Below are positions 63,801 through 64,000 of a stretch of DNA of 64,000 nucleotides, piece after piece. The notes below the pieces were generated by a model. That model had not been told where the DNA came from. It was given only the letters and a program-made list of their open reading frames with translations, and did no database searches. This stretch comes from Octopus vulgaris. Its lineage: Eukaryota. Position 1 is the stretch's first letter; the number at the start of each line of letters is the position of its first letter. The stretch lies in NCBI GenBank assembly GCA_951406725.2, contig OX597814.1:141546001-141610000 (forward strand), written 5' to 3'. Position numbers and translations under genes: made by a program.

Positions 63801-64000
63801 GGCCTCGACCCAGTCCTCCAGGAATCTTATCTTCCATTTTTGTGTATTGGTGGAAGGGCTGATGCCTTGGGCATTAAGCAGAAATGTTGAGACGAGAGTG
63901 GATAGTTTTAATTGTTTTGGTGATTTGTTTATTTGATTGCTTTTTAATGGCATGTGCAGTGGGGTATTTGTGGTGGATGGTGGTGGGTGATAGCTCGGAT
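60851..64000 (-). mobile_element. CR1-group LINE with nearly intact ORF2 (APE endonuclease + RT); continues beyond the window
   Basis: APE: LNAQGI, LTETHL, GLYRPP, MGDFN, LDLIF, SDH. RT: NYRPISLTS, QHGFR, YLDFSKAFDRVDH, SGVPQGTVLGPLLF, FADD, HLEYCCPLWSP. Two frameshifts (~62320, ~61470); tail (TTCTAAGTTA)x2 then (TA)n. Confidence 0.96.

Overview
AT-rich animal genomic DNA made almost entirely of microsatellites and transposable-element debris. The repeat make-up, with very long (TA)n/(TAA)n/(CATA)n tracts and several dense tRNA-SINE families, looks like an octopus or other cephalopod, but that is inference. I found no host protein-coding exon; nearly all short ORFs are translated microsatellites or antisense TE frames. 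TE content: several R4/Dong-type non-LTR elements (RT + CCHC + restriction-like endonuclease) sitting in (TAA)n, two CR1-group LINEs (one with a near-complete APE+RT ORF2), Tx1/L1-type, RTE and Jockey-like fragments, two Penelope-like elements of different types, Tc1 and mariner fossils, a Helitron, a Helentron-type non-autonomous element, MITEs and at least four SINE families. Most notable: (1) a ~560-bp non-coding element in five copies, always beside (TAA)n and in the same orientation as neighbouring Dong elements, probably a Dong-mobilised non-autonomous retroelement; (2) about six minimal type-I hammerhead-ribozyme motifs, several with variant cores; (3) a SINE family sharing its 3' tail with a CR1-group LINE; (4) a fold-back MITE with telomeric repeats and a 6-bp TSD; (5) insertions apparently copied from sequence ~4 kb away. 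All alignments and folds were done by eye, and element boundaries are approximate.
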